Source: Octopus bimaculoides
Taxonomy: Eukaryota
DNA: 63,681 bases
NCBI RefSeq assembly: GCF_001194135.2
Contig: NC_069004.1
Location: 13,850,613 to 13,914,293 of the forward strand
Direction: 5' to 3'
The notes under the pieces are model-generated. The model was given only the letters and a program-made list of their open reading frames with translations. It did not search any database and was not told the DNA's origin. Positions 39,352-52,565 of this stretch are shown here, piece after piece. The translations under genes were made by a program, and so were the position numbers. Within the stretch, counting starts at the first letter, position 1; every line of letters begins with the position of its first letter.

Positions 39352-39640
39352 AGTTGTGAAGCACAAGATATATTCATACATTGAGGAGGAAATAATAATT
39401 AGTGCATGGAACAAAAATACTTTTGGTACTTATTTCATCTGAGTCAGCCAGACTTGCACTTGTTACTCTTCCCACTAAAAATACGGTGAACCAATGATTG
39501 GCACATTGGGAACCTTTAGCCAATGAAGCTGTTGTTCGCAAACACAAACTGTGATATATGCAGAAAAACAAACAAACAAAACAAACCAAAACTACAGATG
39601 GTTCAAAAACACCAAATTATATCAATATTTAACCAAGACA

Positions 39641-39950
39641 TGTGGCTTAGTAGTTAGGGTATTCAGCTCACGGTTGTAAGGTTGTGAGTTCAAAATCTGG
39701 TGGCACATTGTGTCCTTGAGCAAGACACTTTATTTCACATTGCTCCAGTTCACTCAGCTGGCAAAAATGAGGAGTACCTGTACTTCAAAGGGTCAGCCTT
39801 GTCACATTCTATGTCATGCTAAGAACTACGTTAAGGGTACGCATGTCTGTGGAATGCTCAGCCACTTGCATGTTAATTTCATGAGCCGGCTAATCCGTTC
39901 TTCAGATCAACTGGAACCCTTGCTGTCATAACTGACAGAGTGCTACTTAA
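39641..39950 (+). mobile_element. tRNA-Arg-like SINE family C (CORE-like)
   Basis: tggcttagtagttagggtattcagctcACGgtt...gagttcaaa...tgtgtccttgagcaagacacttt...gatcaactggaaccct. Confidence 0.8.
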
Positions 39951-42900
39951 CCAATTAAGTGAACACAGTCAAATAATTTAATTAAACAAAAGTGACCTTG
40001 AGATAAGCACTAAACTCCCAAGGTTATATTTACAGTAAGTGAAGACTGTAAAGGATATGAAAGATTAATATATGCAGTATGCATATTTTAATCTGTTTTG
40101 AAGCTCATGTAAGAGATATAGAAATGAGAATTAATAAATATATTAATCAGTTTTACTAATCGATAATCTGACAGTTCAATGTTGTTGAATTGAAAGGTTA
40201 ACAACAATAGTTACACTGGTTGAAACTTTTCATGTGTTTCATACTTTCTAAATTTGAACTTTTGTGGTATTGATTGCTGATGTAATTGTTTTTCAATATT
40301 ATTGCTTTCCTATAAAACACTTGAAATTGATTGAGATTACACAAAGTCAAAACAATCTGACTTTATCATGAAGGCTGAATGAAGTTTGACAATTATTAAT
40401 ATCACTTTCCTACATTTTCAAACAGCTGTTGATATTTTCTATACAAACAAGTATTAGATTATGGTTATAAAAAAAAAAAAAAACACAAAGAAAACACTGA
40501 AAAAAAAAAAAGTAAACAAAAACCCCATCCCAACCTTCTATCATTGTTTTCCAGTCAATATCTTAACTTATCTGTTCTTTCTCAAAGTATTTTTTCTGAA
40601 ACTAATTTTTTTTCAAGTTCATTTTTCTAATTTTGAGATAATTCTCGAAATATATGCATTTTAGAGAAAAATGTATGAACACAAACAAAATAAAGAGAAC
40701 AGGGTTTTTAAAAGAGTGATTCAGTGAATATATACATATATATAATTATATATATATGAAGGAATAAGCAAGCATGTGAAACAGAAGTGTTGCATTCTTG
40801 CATTCTGAATGTATAAGAAATCCAATTCTAAACTAATAAAAATTATTCCAAAGAGTTTCTTAAAGTGCAAAACATTATGATAAAGAGTACATATGAACAA
40901 AAAAGAAAAGTATGTATTAACATATCAATAAGTTTTACACCAGCAGTATTATACTGGCAGTGCAGAATTATTGTACTGAGTTTTCTCAAAAGCTTATATC
41001 ATTAAGATATAATAAATTAAAAATTTTAATTTGTTGAGCGTCTATGAATTATGAACCAAATATTTCAAACATGTTATCAGTTAATAATTTTTCTTATTTT
41101 CTATTTATGTATTTATAAAGCCAAAAACCAAATTAAGAGTTCTATCATTTGAAATAGATACTATACAGAGTTGGCTAGAATCAAGCCATCTACACACGTA
41201 CATGGAATTTGGTGAGAAAGAAAAAAATTAACTGATCATTTCTCTGGTTTAACAGCAATTAAGATTTATATATTGCCCCAAACAAAAATTACATAAGCAA
41301 GCTTATAAAGAGCAAATATGAAATCAGTGGTTTAAAAAATAACAAAGAAATATAAAAAAGTGTGATTTGATAAAGTGCAATAAATAGCTAAAATAAATAG
41401 ACAGGTAATTAATAGAATTAAAAAAATATCGAAAAGAAATAAATGTTTCATAATTCATGCTGACTGCTATAGAATAAATGAAAAGAAATTTAAATAAATC
41501 TCTAACAACATTCAGATCAAGAACTGCAAGATTTTAAAACAAATCCAAGCACTATGAACAAAAATGAAATTAAAAAAAGCAAGGGTCGGAGGATGTACAA
41601 AGGGTAGGGTAACATATACATACATATACATATATATATATACATACATATATATATATGTATATTATATGCACACACAGAGTTGCGTATGTACACATGT
41701 ACATTCCCATTTTTGTGTATATCAATGGAAAAAAGACAAGGGTTTGTGGAAGTTAGTTCTTGGGAAGCTGGGAATATAAATAACGTTCAGAGTAGCAATA
41801 CAAACTACACAGTCCAAACTGCCATTGAAGAATTGCTTAAATCTTCTATCTTCAGCAATCCTTAGAAACCTGCTATCAGCATGAGGCTGACTACCAATAA
41901 AATGCTGAGAAATAACATCAGTTCTTAGCTGCCTTGATAAAGGGATGATGTTTTTTCAAATAATTTTTGAATTGTGATTTGGGTACTGTTATTATTAACT
42001 TGCTAACATATAGCTAAAGGACATATTTATATAAAATAGATTTTGTTTTAGAAATAGGCATTTATATTTGATAGACTGTTCCAGGTGTTAAAATTAGGAA
42101 TCCTTTGTGAAATATATTGTTTGGCTCCCCAAATTGAATTCTTTGATTTAATATAAAAATTGTAATTTAGACAAATTTCAGGATACAACATTTACCCATT
42201 GCATAATTAGAGTGGAATCATATTTTAAGAGATACTGTAAAATTAAAACTATTATCATAACATTTAACATTATACTGAACAAAGCTAAAATTGAGTTAAA
42301 GAGACATAAATTTAACTGAAAAATAAACATTAATTTATGAATGGTATATAATATTATGATTCCAATATCTGTTTGGATTATTATTTTTATTTAAAGAATA
42401 ATATATTTAAGAAGAAATATAAACTTGAAATATGAAAATATAAAGAGATTTTGTAAAATTTAAAGAAAACTTAAAGCAATGTATATTAAATTGTAAAGAA
42501 AGATTTGAGAAAATATATGTATATTTTAAAACAATGTAAGTTTTCTAAAAGATTTCTCTAGCATTAGATAAGAATTTTTATTAATATATAAATAACATTA
42601 TTTAGATAAGATAATGTCAAGAATGTTTCTACAGATAGGTCATCTTGTTTTTATAGTTAGAATTATTCAATTAGAGCAAAGGTTACCAAAATATCAATAA
42701 TATATTATAATCTACGTTACACTATGCAATACAGATGTGATGTCATTAACAATTGATGTTGTTATTGTGTTGATATTATAAAAAACTAATACATCTAAAT
42801 AGAAAAAAAAGAAAACCAACAAAATGTTGAGTAATTTAATGCTTAATTTCATAAGATCAATTAATCAGATTATGTACAGACAATTTAGAATTTTGGTAAA

Positions 42901-45079
42901 TTTGTAATTTTGAATTTTTCTGCTGGAAAAATATGAAATTTTTGTCAAAATGAAGAGTTGGCATCACCAAAACTTTATCTTTATTTCTAGGTCAAGAAGA
43001 TTTAGATTTATTTGAACAAATAATCATTACTATTTTAATGGTATTTTTTCTTTTATAGCAGAGATTAAACTTGAGAATTTCATAACTTAAGAAATTAATT
43101 AAATAATTTTGAAGTTTGTCAAACTTTTGATTGGCAGTATCAGAGAGAGTTAACATACTCTGGATATTTAAAGTTTATAAATGTTAACACTCTCAGATTA
43201 TATATATGTATATATATATAGATATATATATATATATATATATATNNNNNNNNNNATATATATATATATATAATAGAAAAAGTAGAGGCTTTAAAGGGTA
43301 TGCCTGTTGCAATACCATTCATTGGTCAGGAAAAAAAAATGAACCTTATGCTGCCAGCAGGTTGAATTGACTTTCCTTTGTGGAATCATTCATATCTTTG
43401 GTCTTTGCAAACAATTCTTGGACCAAATGTCAGAATCTACATTTTCTTCAGGTGACAATATCTTTTGGTTAATATTCCCAGAACTTGTAATGGGTTTGAT
43501 TTTAAATATAAACAGCTAAGTTCATGCCCAATACACATTATTACACATAAATGACAATAGCTCTGATCAATTTTCTTAGGACTTTTTCCTTTTTTTTTTA
43601 GCTTGAAAACAAGATAGAAATAATTATTTTTCCTTTAAATCTATTACTTTTCATTAACAAACATAAAAAATAAGTATCTTGGTAAATAATGACTATTACA
43701 TAGCCTAACCTTTGATAAAAGGTCAATAGAACACATAACAATGAAGGTTACTAGGAAAATGGAAGAAAAAAAAATGACGAAGGATCAAGACATAACTGAA
43801 AAGTAATTTACAAAATGCCAACTATTCTGACCAAATACTTCACTGGCAACAAAGAAAGTAAAAAAAAATAAATAAAAAATTACCATAATAAAGTATAAAA
43901 TTAGCAAAGTAACAATGCTCAGAAAATTTGTAAAAGTAAATATTTAAGAAACATTTGTATCTAGTTTCAAAAGAACGACAAAATTCTAGAAATCATACAG
44001 TTCTAATGTGTATTGACATTCTGCATAATTCTGAAAGCTAATATCTTTGAATATCTTCTCAAATTAATTGTCTAATTACAAAATGAAAGGATTGAGAAGT
44101 TCAATAATTTATTTTTGTAAGGATGTGTTTCCTTTAGGTTTAGAGAAAAAAATGTTTAGATCTTCAAAGTAATTAAAATAAAATTACAAAATAACTAGGC
44201 AATTATTTATTGATTCAAACCCAAATTATCATATTCTTTGATATTTATGTAATTTTTTAAATAATGTTTACCAGGAAACCCCACCCCACCCCACCAAATG
44301 TAAAGACATTCCTTTCTCAGAAGCAAATGTCTTGAAAAAAAAGTTTATAAATTGATAATGAAATTCTATTACTGATGCTTTTTTGAAATATTTGTTTCAT
44401 AAAAACTTAGATAAGTTTTAATAACATTTATTTCTAAATGTTTACCTGCTTTGAAACTTGATAAATTTGATTAAACTATCTGTAGAAACTCTTAATTACA
44501 TCATCTCAATTAGAACGATGTTAAATCTTCCTTAAAGTTAATAATGAAACAATAATTTTTGGTATTTGCCTGATTTTCATTGTTCTGTGTAGCATATTAT
44601 TCTCAGTCTCTGCTATATAAAATATGTCATTTTGACAAATACTTTTATTAGGTCCTTCATCTTGATGTTAACCTCTTCACAGGTGCATCAATTTGCAATG
44701 TTCAATACCCAGACAATTGTTAACACTTGCTAAGCACCAGGTAATAGTGGATCAAATTAACGACACCTTGTACAGTTGTTACCTGGTACATGGCAATGGC
44801 TGTGGTATTAAAAGCACATTGCAAATTGGAGTCTAGATGAGGGGAAAGGGGGAGGGAGGGGAGATACATAGATAGATAGATGAATGGGTAGGGAGAGAGA
44901 GAAAGAGAGTGAGAGGGAGAGAAAGGGAGAAATTTCCATTACTAACATTGAGATGTAGGACCACTGGAATTTCAAAGTAAGAAATTTAGTTGAAACTGAT
45001 GTGTCTGTTAGACAACAAAAGTTAGTTGATACAGCCAGAAGAACAATGAAAACCATTTGTGTGTTTGTATGTGTGTGTG

Positions 45080-45113
<34 letters not shown>

Positions 45114-45633
45114 AACTAATGTTTGAAATGTTACATGTAATAATAATAAGAAATGGTCATTAAAATGAAGTATATTTATGATTAGTGTTATTAAACTTTC
45201 CTCAGTTTCATGGATATCAATTAACTGTAAACTAATTAGAAGTTAAATATTTATCAAAGCGAGATAATTTAAGAGTGAAAATTAAATACAAAATTATTTC
45301 TAATTGTTGTTATATTTAAATGGATAGCATTAACAAATCAAATACGTTTTATTGTTTATTAGGATATTATGAGAGCGAAAATAAACTAAATATATTTACT
45401 TAGCAATATATAGAATTAGATATTTAAAAAAAACTTTTAGTTAGATTCCTTATTGTTTTGGAGTTAATTTCTTACAAAGTATTTTACTCATGAAATAATG
45501 AAGTACATAAATCAAAGGAAATATACAAATAGACATTCAAAAATGATAAGAAGCAGAATTCTTTCCAAAATTAATTGATCTTTAAATGATTTCCAAAGAT
45601 AAGATAAGATTATAATATTATAAGATGATAATA

Positions 45634-46089
45634 ATGGTTTCAAATTTTGGCACAAGGCCAGAAATTTCAGGGGAGGGGGCTAAGTCGATTGCATCAATCC
45701 CAATGTTCAACTGGTACTTATTTTATCAACCCTGAAAGGATGAATGGCAAAGCTGACCTTGGTGGAATTTGAACTCAGAACATAAAGATGGATGAAATAA
45801 ACACTAAGCATTTTGCTCATCACTTTAAAGATACTATCAGCACACAATAAAAATTAAAATAATAATAATAATAATAATAATCCTTTCTACTAAAGGCATA
45901 AGGCCTGAAATTTTGAGGGAGGGGACTAGTTGATTACATTGATCTCCAGAACTGATACTCAATTTATCAACCCCGGAATGATGAAATGCATCGACCTCGA
46001 TGAAATTTGAACTCAGATTGTAAAGATGGACAAAATGCTGCTAAGCATTTCACCTGGCATGCTAATGGTTCTGCCTGCTCACTGCCTTA
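45634..46089 (-). mobile_element. Two tandem SINE family A copies in (TAA)n (45634-45830, 45880-46089)
   Basis: Family A bodies joined and flanked by TAA repeats. Confidence 0.8.
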
Positions 46090-46689
46090 AATAATAATAA
46101 TAATAATGATAATAAAAAAAGCCTCAATGAAAAAGACAATAATCTTCTCGCTCAGAGAACAAGTTTCCTTGTTCAGAGAATTTTTTCTTCAATTTCTTTT
46201 TCATTCCCCATTCCACTATTTATCTGGTTTCAGTTTGCTTTTAGCAATATATCCCTGATGCTAATCAATGTACATTGATTACTAAGAAAGCAGTACATAT
46301 ATATTAAGGAAAAAACTCCCAACAAATCAAAATGAATAACCTTAGTCTTCATGAAAGAAAGTATCAAGATGTTCGCTTCTCATTACACTAATACTTAGCC
46401 ATCATCTCTAACTTGGTTTCTTTCCATTTCAACGTGTTATCAATGAACAATAGTTATAAAGTGGTGGTGATGTGGGGGAGTCAGAAAATACTGTTCTGTG
46501 GTTGATACTAAAGCGTTTAGTTTCAGCTTGAAAACTGAATTAAAATATTTTCCCCTTATAAATCGAAAATAAATTATACTGTTTTTAACATAAGTAGTTT
46601 ATGGGTAACCTAAGCAAGGCCGTTTATGGTTAATTAGCGAACACTTATAGACTGTACATATTTTGTTATTATTATTATAATAATTATCA

Positions 46690-47075
46690 TCATCCTCATT
46701 TAACGTCTACTTTTCCAAGCTGGCATGGGTCAGATTGAACTTATTGAGGTAGATTTTCTACAGCTCGGTACCTTCCTGTTACCATCCTTTACCTGTTTCT
46801 AAGCATGATAATATTTTCCTATACCTATGCATGTTTTTTTGCAGAAGACTGGAAACAAACAACCTCACTTGTATCATGGTGCTGTTCATTTATAATCATC
46901 ATGTGATGTCTAGACGAGAGTATAAACAAACACACACATATATGACAGACTTTTTCCAATTTCTGTCAACCCAATCTACCCACAATGCTTTGGTCAGCCT
47001 GGGTTTATAGTGGAAGATACTTGCCCAGAATGCCACACTGTGGGACTGAACCCAAGACCACATGACTGGTAAGTA
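46690..47075 (-). mobile_element. Chimeric SINE: family B-like head plus family D-like tail
   Basis: catcatcctcatttaacgtctacttttccaagctggcatggg at one end and acttgcccagaatgccacactgtgggactgaaccc at the other. Confidence 0.6.
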
Positions 47076-48235
47076 GGCTTCTTCACTGGTTCACTACTTG
47101 TGTGTGTGTGTTCACTTAAAATCCTACAAGGTCCGATATTGCTTTTGAACACATCTAGATTAAGTAAATGTCTCAGTCTTCAAATATAGACAGTGTATCT
47201 AATCATGATAAATCATCATCACCAACCACCTCTGCTGATTGATATGAATAATCAAATTCTCTAGCTGAAGCTATAAAATTATTCAGTTAAACAAGTAGAA
47301 AGACATCAAGAAATATGCAGACTTGACACAAAAACAGAGGTAAATTTACACAATGAAGGTAAATTTACACTTCAAGTATTGAAAGAGCAATAAACTCTCC
47401 ATCAAAGACTGAGGTGTTAATGATAATATAATTAGTTTATGCAAGATCTGTGAACGAGTGTGAAATTCGAAAACAGTGATAATAACACTAACATACATTG
47501 TTGAACTTCACATTCATACAACAAATTTAGACATAACAATGTGAATACTAGATTTGTTGTACCTTAAATTACACTGCTACTATGCAGCATAACACTTCTC
47601 ATTAGTGGTTCTATGGTCGAGTAACTGAGTAAGGGTTCAGACATGGGTATTTGGTTAAGAAAATTGTATCTAAGCCGCAAGGTTTTGATCACAGTGCAAA
47701 GTATTATGGGCAACTACCAAAGCCTGAAGCTGTATAGAAGCACATCACACACACACATTTATATATATTTTATGTGAGTGCGTGTGTCTTTTTCACTTTA
47801 TATTAGCGATAAATCAGTGCTTGTCACACAAATTCCACTGAGTTACAGACAATCTTGTGTCACAATCACAGCCAGAAATGTAGTAAACTAGAGATTGGTC
47901 CTTAAGAAACTTGGAATGAATTATACTATAGTTCATATATATTTCCATATAAAATACACAAAAATGATTAGCCAAGAAGTATGATCCAGGCTTGATTGAG
48001 ACAAATATCATATATAATAAAATTTCTAATGTTTAATAGCCAGATTGACAATGTCATCTCATGGGAGTTAGATGAGGAAACTGGGTGTAATGATGACAAT
48101 GGTGAACAGTTCTTCAATTATTGTATCTTATATTATATCTGTATTAGTAGCTAGAATTAATGTTAAAATATATATATATGTAAACCTACATAGAGGATGT
48201 ACAAACAAGGCTAATTTAACTACTATAAAAACAGG

Positions 48236-48530
48236 AACTCCATCTGTTATGACATTGAAGGTTCCAGTTGATCTGATGAATGGAACAGCCAGCTTGTGGA
48301 ATTAGCATGCAAGTGGCTGAGCACTCCACAAACACACACACACTTAATATAGTTCTCTGGGAGATTCAGTGTGACAGAATGTGACAAGATTGGTCCTTTG
48401 AAATACAGGTATGACTCATTATTGTCATCCAAGTGGACTGGAGCAATGTGAAGTAAAGTCTTGCTCAAGGACACAACATGCTGCCAGGAATCGAACTTAT
48501 GATATTATGACCCACTAAGCCATTCATCTT
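48236..48530 (-). mobile_element. SINE family C
   Basis: Reverse complement of the family C body; head-to-head with the family E copy at 48533. Confidence 0.75.
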
Positions 48531-48532
48531 TA

Positions 48533-48790
48533 CATGGCTCAGTGGTTAGAGTGTTGGGCTTACAATAATGAGTTCAATTCCTGGACTGGGCTGTGTGTTG
48601 TGTTCTTGAGAAAGCCATTTTATTTCGTGTTGCTCCAGTTCACTCAGCAGAGGAAGGAGTTATGATGTCACTGATGCCAAGCTGTATTGGCCTTTGCCTT
48701 TCCCTTGGACAACATGCAAAGGTGACTGCTGGTCTTTCAAAAACAACCTTGCCTGGACTTGTGTCTTGGAGCATAACTTTCTAGGCACAA
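48533..48790 (+). mobile_element. SINE family E
   Basis: catggctcagtggttagagtg...gctccagttcactcagc...aactttctaggcacaatcc. Confidence 0.75.
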
Positions 48791-50007
48791 TCCAAATTAA
48801 TTTTTAAGATTGAAAAATGATGAACAGCCTCAATCAATTTTCAACCTTTATTGGGGTTTCATCAGATGTGTCCACATTATTTGTCCAATTGCAGAGAAAT
48901 AAGCAACCAATCTGTTTTACTTATACAAGTTCAGTAGCTTCAGAGAGCTGAAAACCATTAATTTGCATATTATAAGTGTTTCACTCTTTATTCAATATCC
49001 TGAGTGATGAAAGCTGGTACGGTATGGAATTTTAGCAGGTCTCTTTTTTTTATTCTACAGTGTATAAGCTTTCCTCAGTTTATATTTACGTAATGATTTA
49101 GGTAAACCACCAAACAGAACAACATTAAAACATTGTCTTGCAAACATTACAGGGAAAGTGAGATGAATTTTTGTTGGCAGACAATGTTAATATAATCTAG
49201 AATTGTTTTAAGTTGTGAAACTGATGGTACAAATGACAATGTCAGTAATATATATGTTTATATTACCTCTGTAAGTTGATATTTTAATTATCCATCTCAT
49301 AACTTGTAAGAATATACCTAACTAAATTCTGAAATAGACTGAATTGAAATTGACCAGATGATAGTTGAATTGAGTAAAATGAAATACTAAGAGATGGTTC
49401 TTCAAGAAAATTATATGAGATCAATCAGTTTTCTGATTTACAATGGTTAAATTGAGAGAGAGAGGGGGGGGGGGAAGAGAGACAGATCAATTTAATTTGT
49501 GAAAGAATTCTGCGGATTGCTTTGATCATTAAAATATATCTCAACAATGCGATCATATATACAGAATAATCTGATGAAAAAAGTAAACAGACAATAGATT
49601 AATGGTAACATGAATAAAGAAAATAAATATTTCCTCAAACTGCAGCCAGTCTTAGAGATTATTAGATAAATTATTATTATTAACTGATGAGTAATTTCAA
49701 CTTAACATTGATCATATAAATTGTGAAAGTGAAATGGTAGAGTCCGAGGAAACTAGCAATGGTGGTCGGTGTCGGAAGTTAGTAAATAAATATAAAATGT
49801 TCACTAAGTGGAATGAATTACTTTGTCATGAGGAAAATGAATTTTCATCAATGTGTTTCTGCCTGAGATGTCATGTTTCTCAAATACTTTGTTTAAATAA
49901 CTTTTGGAAATATATGGGTGAAGGCATAACCATGTGGTTTAGAAATTCACTTTACAAATGTGGTTCTGAGTTTGATCACGTTTGTAGGCGCATTAGGCAA
50001 TAATAAT

Positions 50008-50223
50008 CCTTTCTACTAAAGGCGCAAGACCTGAAATTTCGTGGGGAGGGGACTAGTCAATTACCTCAATCCCAGTGTTCCACTGGTACTTCATTTAAAG
50101 AGCCTGAAAAGATGAAAGGCAAAGTCGACCTCAGCAGAATTTGAACTCAAAATGTAAAGACTGAAAAATGCCGCTAAACATTTTGCCCAGTGTGCTAAAA
50201 ATTCTGCCAGCTCAGTATCTTAA
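50008..50223 (-). mobile_element. SINE family A
   Basis: Family A body flanked by TAA repeats. Confidence 0.8.
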
Positions 50224-50262
50224 TAATAATAATAATCATAATAATAATAATAAGTTTCACCC

Positions 50263-50460
50263 CCAAAACTGCTCTATTGAGGACAGCTAGGATTTTGAGA
50301 TTGAGACTTGGGTGTTGAGTATCTTCCATGATACTTACCACCTAAGTACTAAGTTTTATAATTTGTGGAGGGAAACCCCATGAGACTTTTGACAACAGGA
50401 TGCAGTCTGCTCTCACAGAATTAACCAGAACAAGTAAGATCAGGAGCTCTAAGAAGTAAA
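50263..50460 (+). mobile_element. Short R4/Dong 3' fragment
   Basis: caaaactgctctattgaggacagctaggattttgag = KTALLRTARIL, similar to 15880-15915. Bracketed by (TAA)n/(TAG)n. Confidence 0.65.
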
Positions 50461-50660
50461 ATTTAGTAGCAGTAGTAATAATAATAATAATAATAATAAT
50501 GAATTTTCATCAATGGGTTTCTGCCTGAGATGTAATGTTTCTCAAAAACTTTGCTTAAATAACTTTTGGAAATATATGGGTGAAGGCATAACCATGTGGT
50601 TTAGAAATTCACTTTACAAATGTGGTTCTGAGTTTGATCACGTTTGTAGGCGCATTAGGC

Positions 50661-50703
<43 letters not shown>

Positions 50704-51790
50704 TTTTAATAGTAATAGCAGCATTATTTTTATTTATATATCAGTTTTGAAAAATGGTAGAAAATATGTCTGCCGAATGAATGTTTGTGAGTTTCAACTG
50801 AATTAAATGTAGAATTGTTTTTGTTTAATCGAATCATACAAGATTTTGTTGGTAAATTTGTAAATTACATTTCCATAGAATAATGTTTCTTCCAGCAGAA
50901 CACATGCTGGTAACATCTTTTTCAATGTTGCATCCACCATATTCTGGCAGATAGAGAAACAAAACCAACAAACAAAGCAATTTATATGTTGCATGTTCTT
51001 TAAAGTTTATACAACGGAGAATAAAAGGAAAATGAAAAAAATTTAGGAAACAACTTCTGTTTTTTTATCAGAAATGACTGGCATCTCTCTTTCCTTCATA
51101 TTCTGGCAGATAAAAATTTGCTGCTTTTACAAAATCTAACTACAGCTAAAAGAAAACTTGGAACTTAACACATGTTATTGCCAAGAAATACTTGCCCTCT
51201 ATTTTTGCATCTTTGTTTTTTTTAAAAAAATCTACACCAGATTCCTCTGTTCATTGGTGTTTATATTTTGAAGGCAGAATCAGTGGATGCAGCTAGTGAG
51301 GTTGATAATATATTGAAACATCCAAATTAAGATCTTGGGGAAATTACATTTTTTTATCAGCAGTTTAAAAGTAAAGATGGATGTCCAATTAGTTTGTGAT
51401 CAATAATGAGTTTAAATAAAATTTAAACTAGTTTTCTTTTTTTTTTGGATGAGATAGTTATTTTTCTTCTTATTGAAATTATCAACTTCTTATTGTTTTC
51501 CTTCTGAAATTTTAATTATTGCAGTCTCTCAGCAGTTAAACTGTTATCAGTTCTCCAGTTAGTCAAGTGTATGAGTTCAATTCCTTGCTGAGCTTTTTTC
51601 TCTTGATTACACCTTAGACTATGGTAATACTTACTTATAACTTTCTTTCAACAATGGAAAATAACTTAAAGAGTTATTATTCTGATCAAAACAGAAGAGA
51701 AATGAATAAACAGTATAGTTATGCTTCGCTCAAGAATCACAATATCACATCCCATTTTAGTTATTTTATTATTATTACTCTACCAACTCT

Positions 51791-51950
51791 GGTGGTAAGT
51801 TGGCAGAATTGTTAGCAAATCAGGCAAATTGCTTAGTTACATTTCTCCTGTCTTTACATTCTGAGTTCAAATTCTGCTGAGGATGACTTTGCCTTTCATC
51901 CTTTTGGGGCCAGTAAAATAAGTACCAGCTGAGCACTGGAGTCAATGTAA
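51791..51950 (+). mobile_element. SINE family A, 3'-truncated
   Basis: ggtaagttggcagaattgttagc...gagttcaaattc...aagtaccagctgagcactgg. Confidence 0.75.
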
Positions 51951-52309
51951 TTTTAAACCATTATTACTCTGGGGTAATTGTATTTATTGAGGTGAGAATA
52001 AAACTAAATGTGTTATTAAGTATCTGACTAGAAATAATTGCAACAAATATTCCTAGATTTCACAATTGCCAATGGAATTTCTCCTCTTCTAGTCAGGTGC
52101 AAAACTGCAAGAATGCTGCTATCAATGTTGGCACAATGAAAAATATGTCTGGAAAGAGTGTTGAGATGACAGAATACAATCAAGCTGATGTATACCGAAT
52201 ATGAAAGGTAAAATAACATGGTACCTCATTCCTCACAGGATACAAATGAATATTTTTGGGTGGTAACCATGGTAGAGTAAGCATAACGTTGGTCGAGAAA
52301 TGGTTAGAT

Positions 52310-52565
52310 CAGTGGTTCTCAAATGGAGTCCATTTGACCCTTAGGGGTTCATATAAGATTTTGTCATTAAAATCTATGTGCTATAAATTGGTTATACTTC
52401 TTCGGTATACAAAATATTTCAACAATTTTTTTGGTACAATTCCTAATAATATTTAATTATAAAAATATAAAAGGATTTTTTTAAACATTGAATGACTACA
52501 GAAGTCTATCTAAGTGAAAGAGGAATCAAAGAGGCCCAGAGGTAAAAAATGGTCGAGAACCACTA
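52310..52565. mobile_element. hAT/Charlie-like MITE (256 bp)
   Basis: TIRs cagtggttctcaa / tcgagaaccacta. 8-bp TSD ggttagat (52302-09) / ggttagaa (52566-73). Confidence 0.8.

Larger units (their letters stand above)
49836..50670. repeat. About 165-bp direct duplication (49836-50000 and 50498-50660) flanking a SINE plus Dong fragment
   Basis: aatgaattttcatcaat...gtaggcgcattaggc occurs twice with about 4 substitutions. Confidence 0.85.

Noticed and set aside
41683-41880. Short open frames on both strands (GFVEVSSWEAG...; FLRIAEDRRFKQFF...)
   Set aside because: No good acceptor/donor pair and no similarity to tomosyn or other proteins I know.
49684-49735. CTGATGA...GAAA as a possible hammerhead
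   Set aside because: No pairing stems II or III and no associated element.
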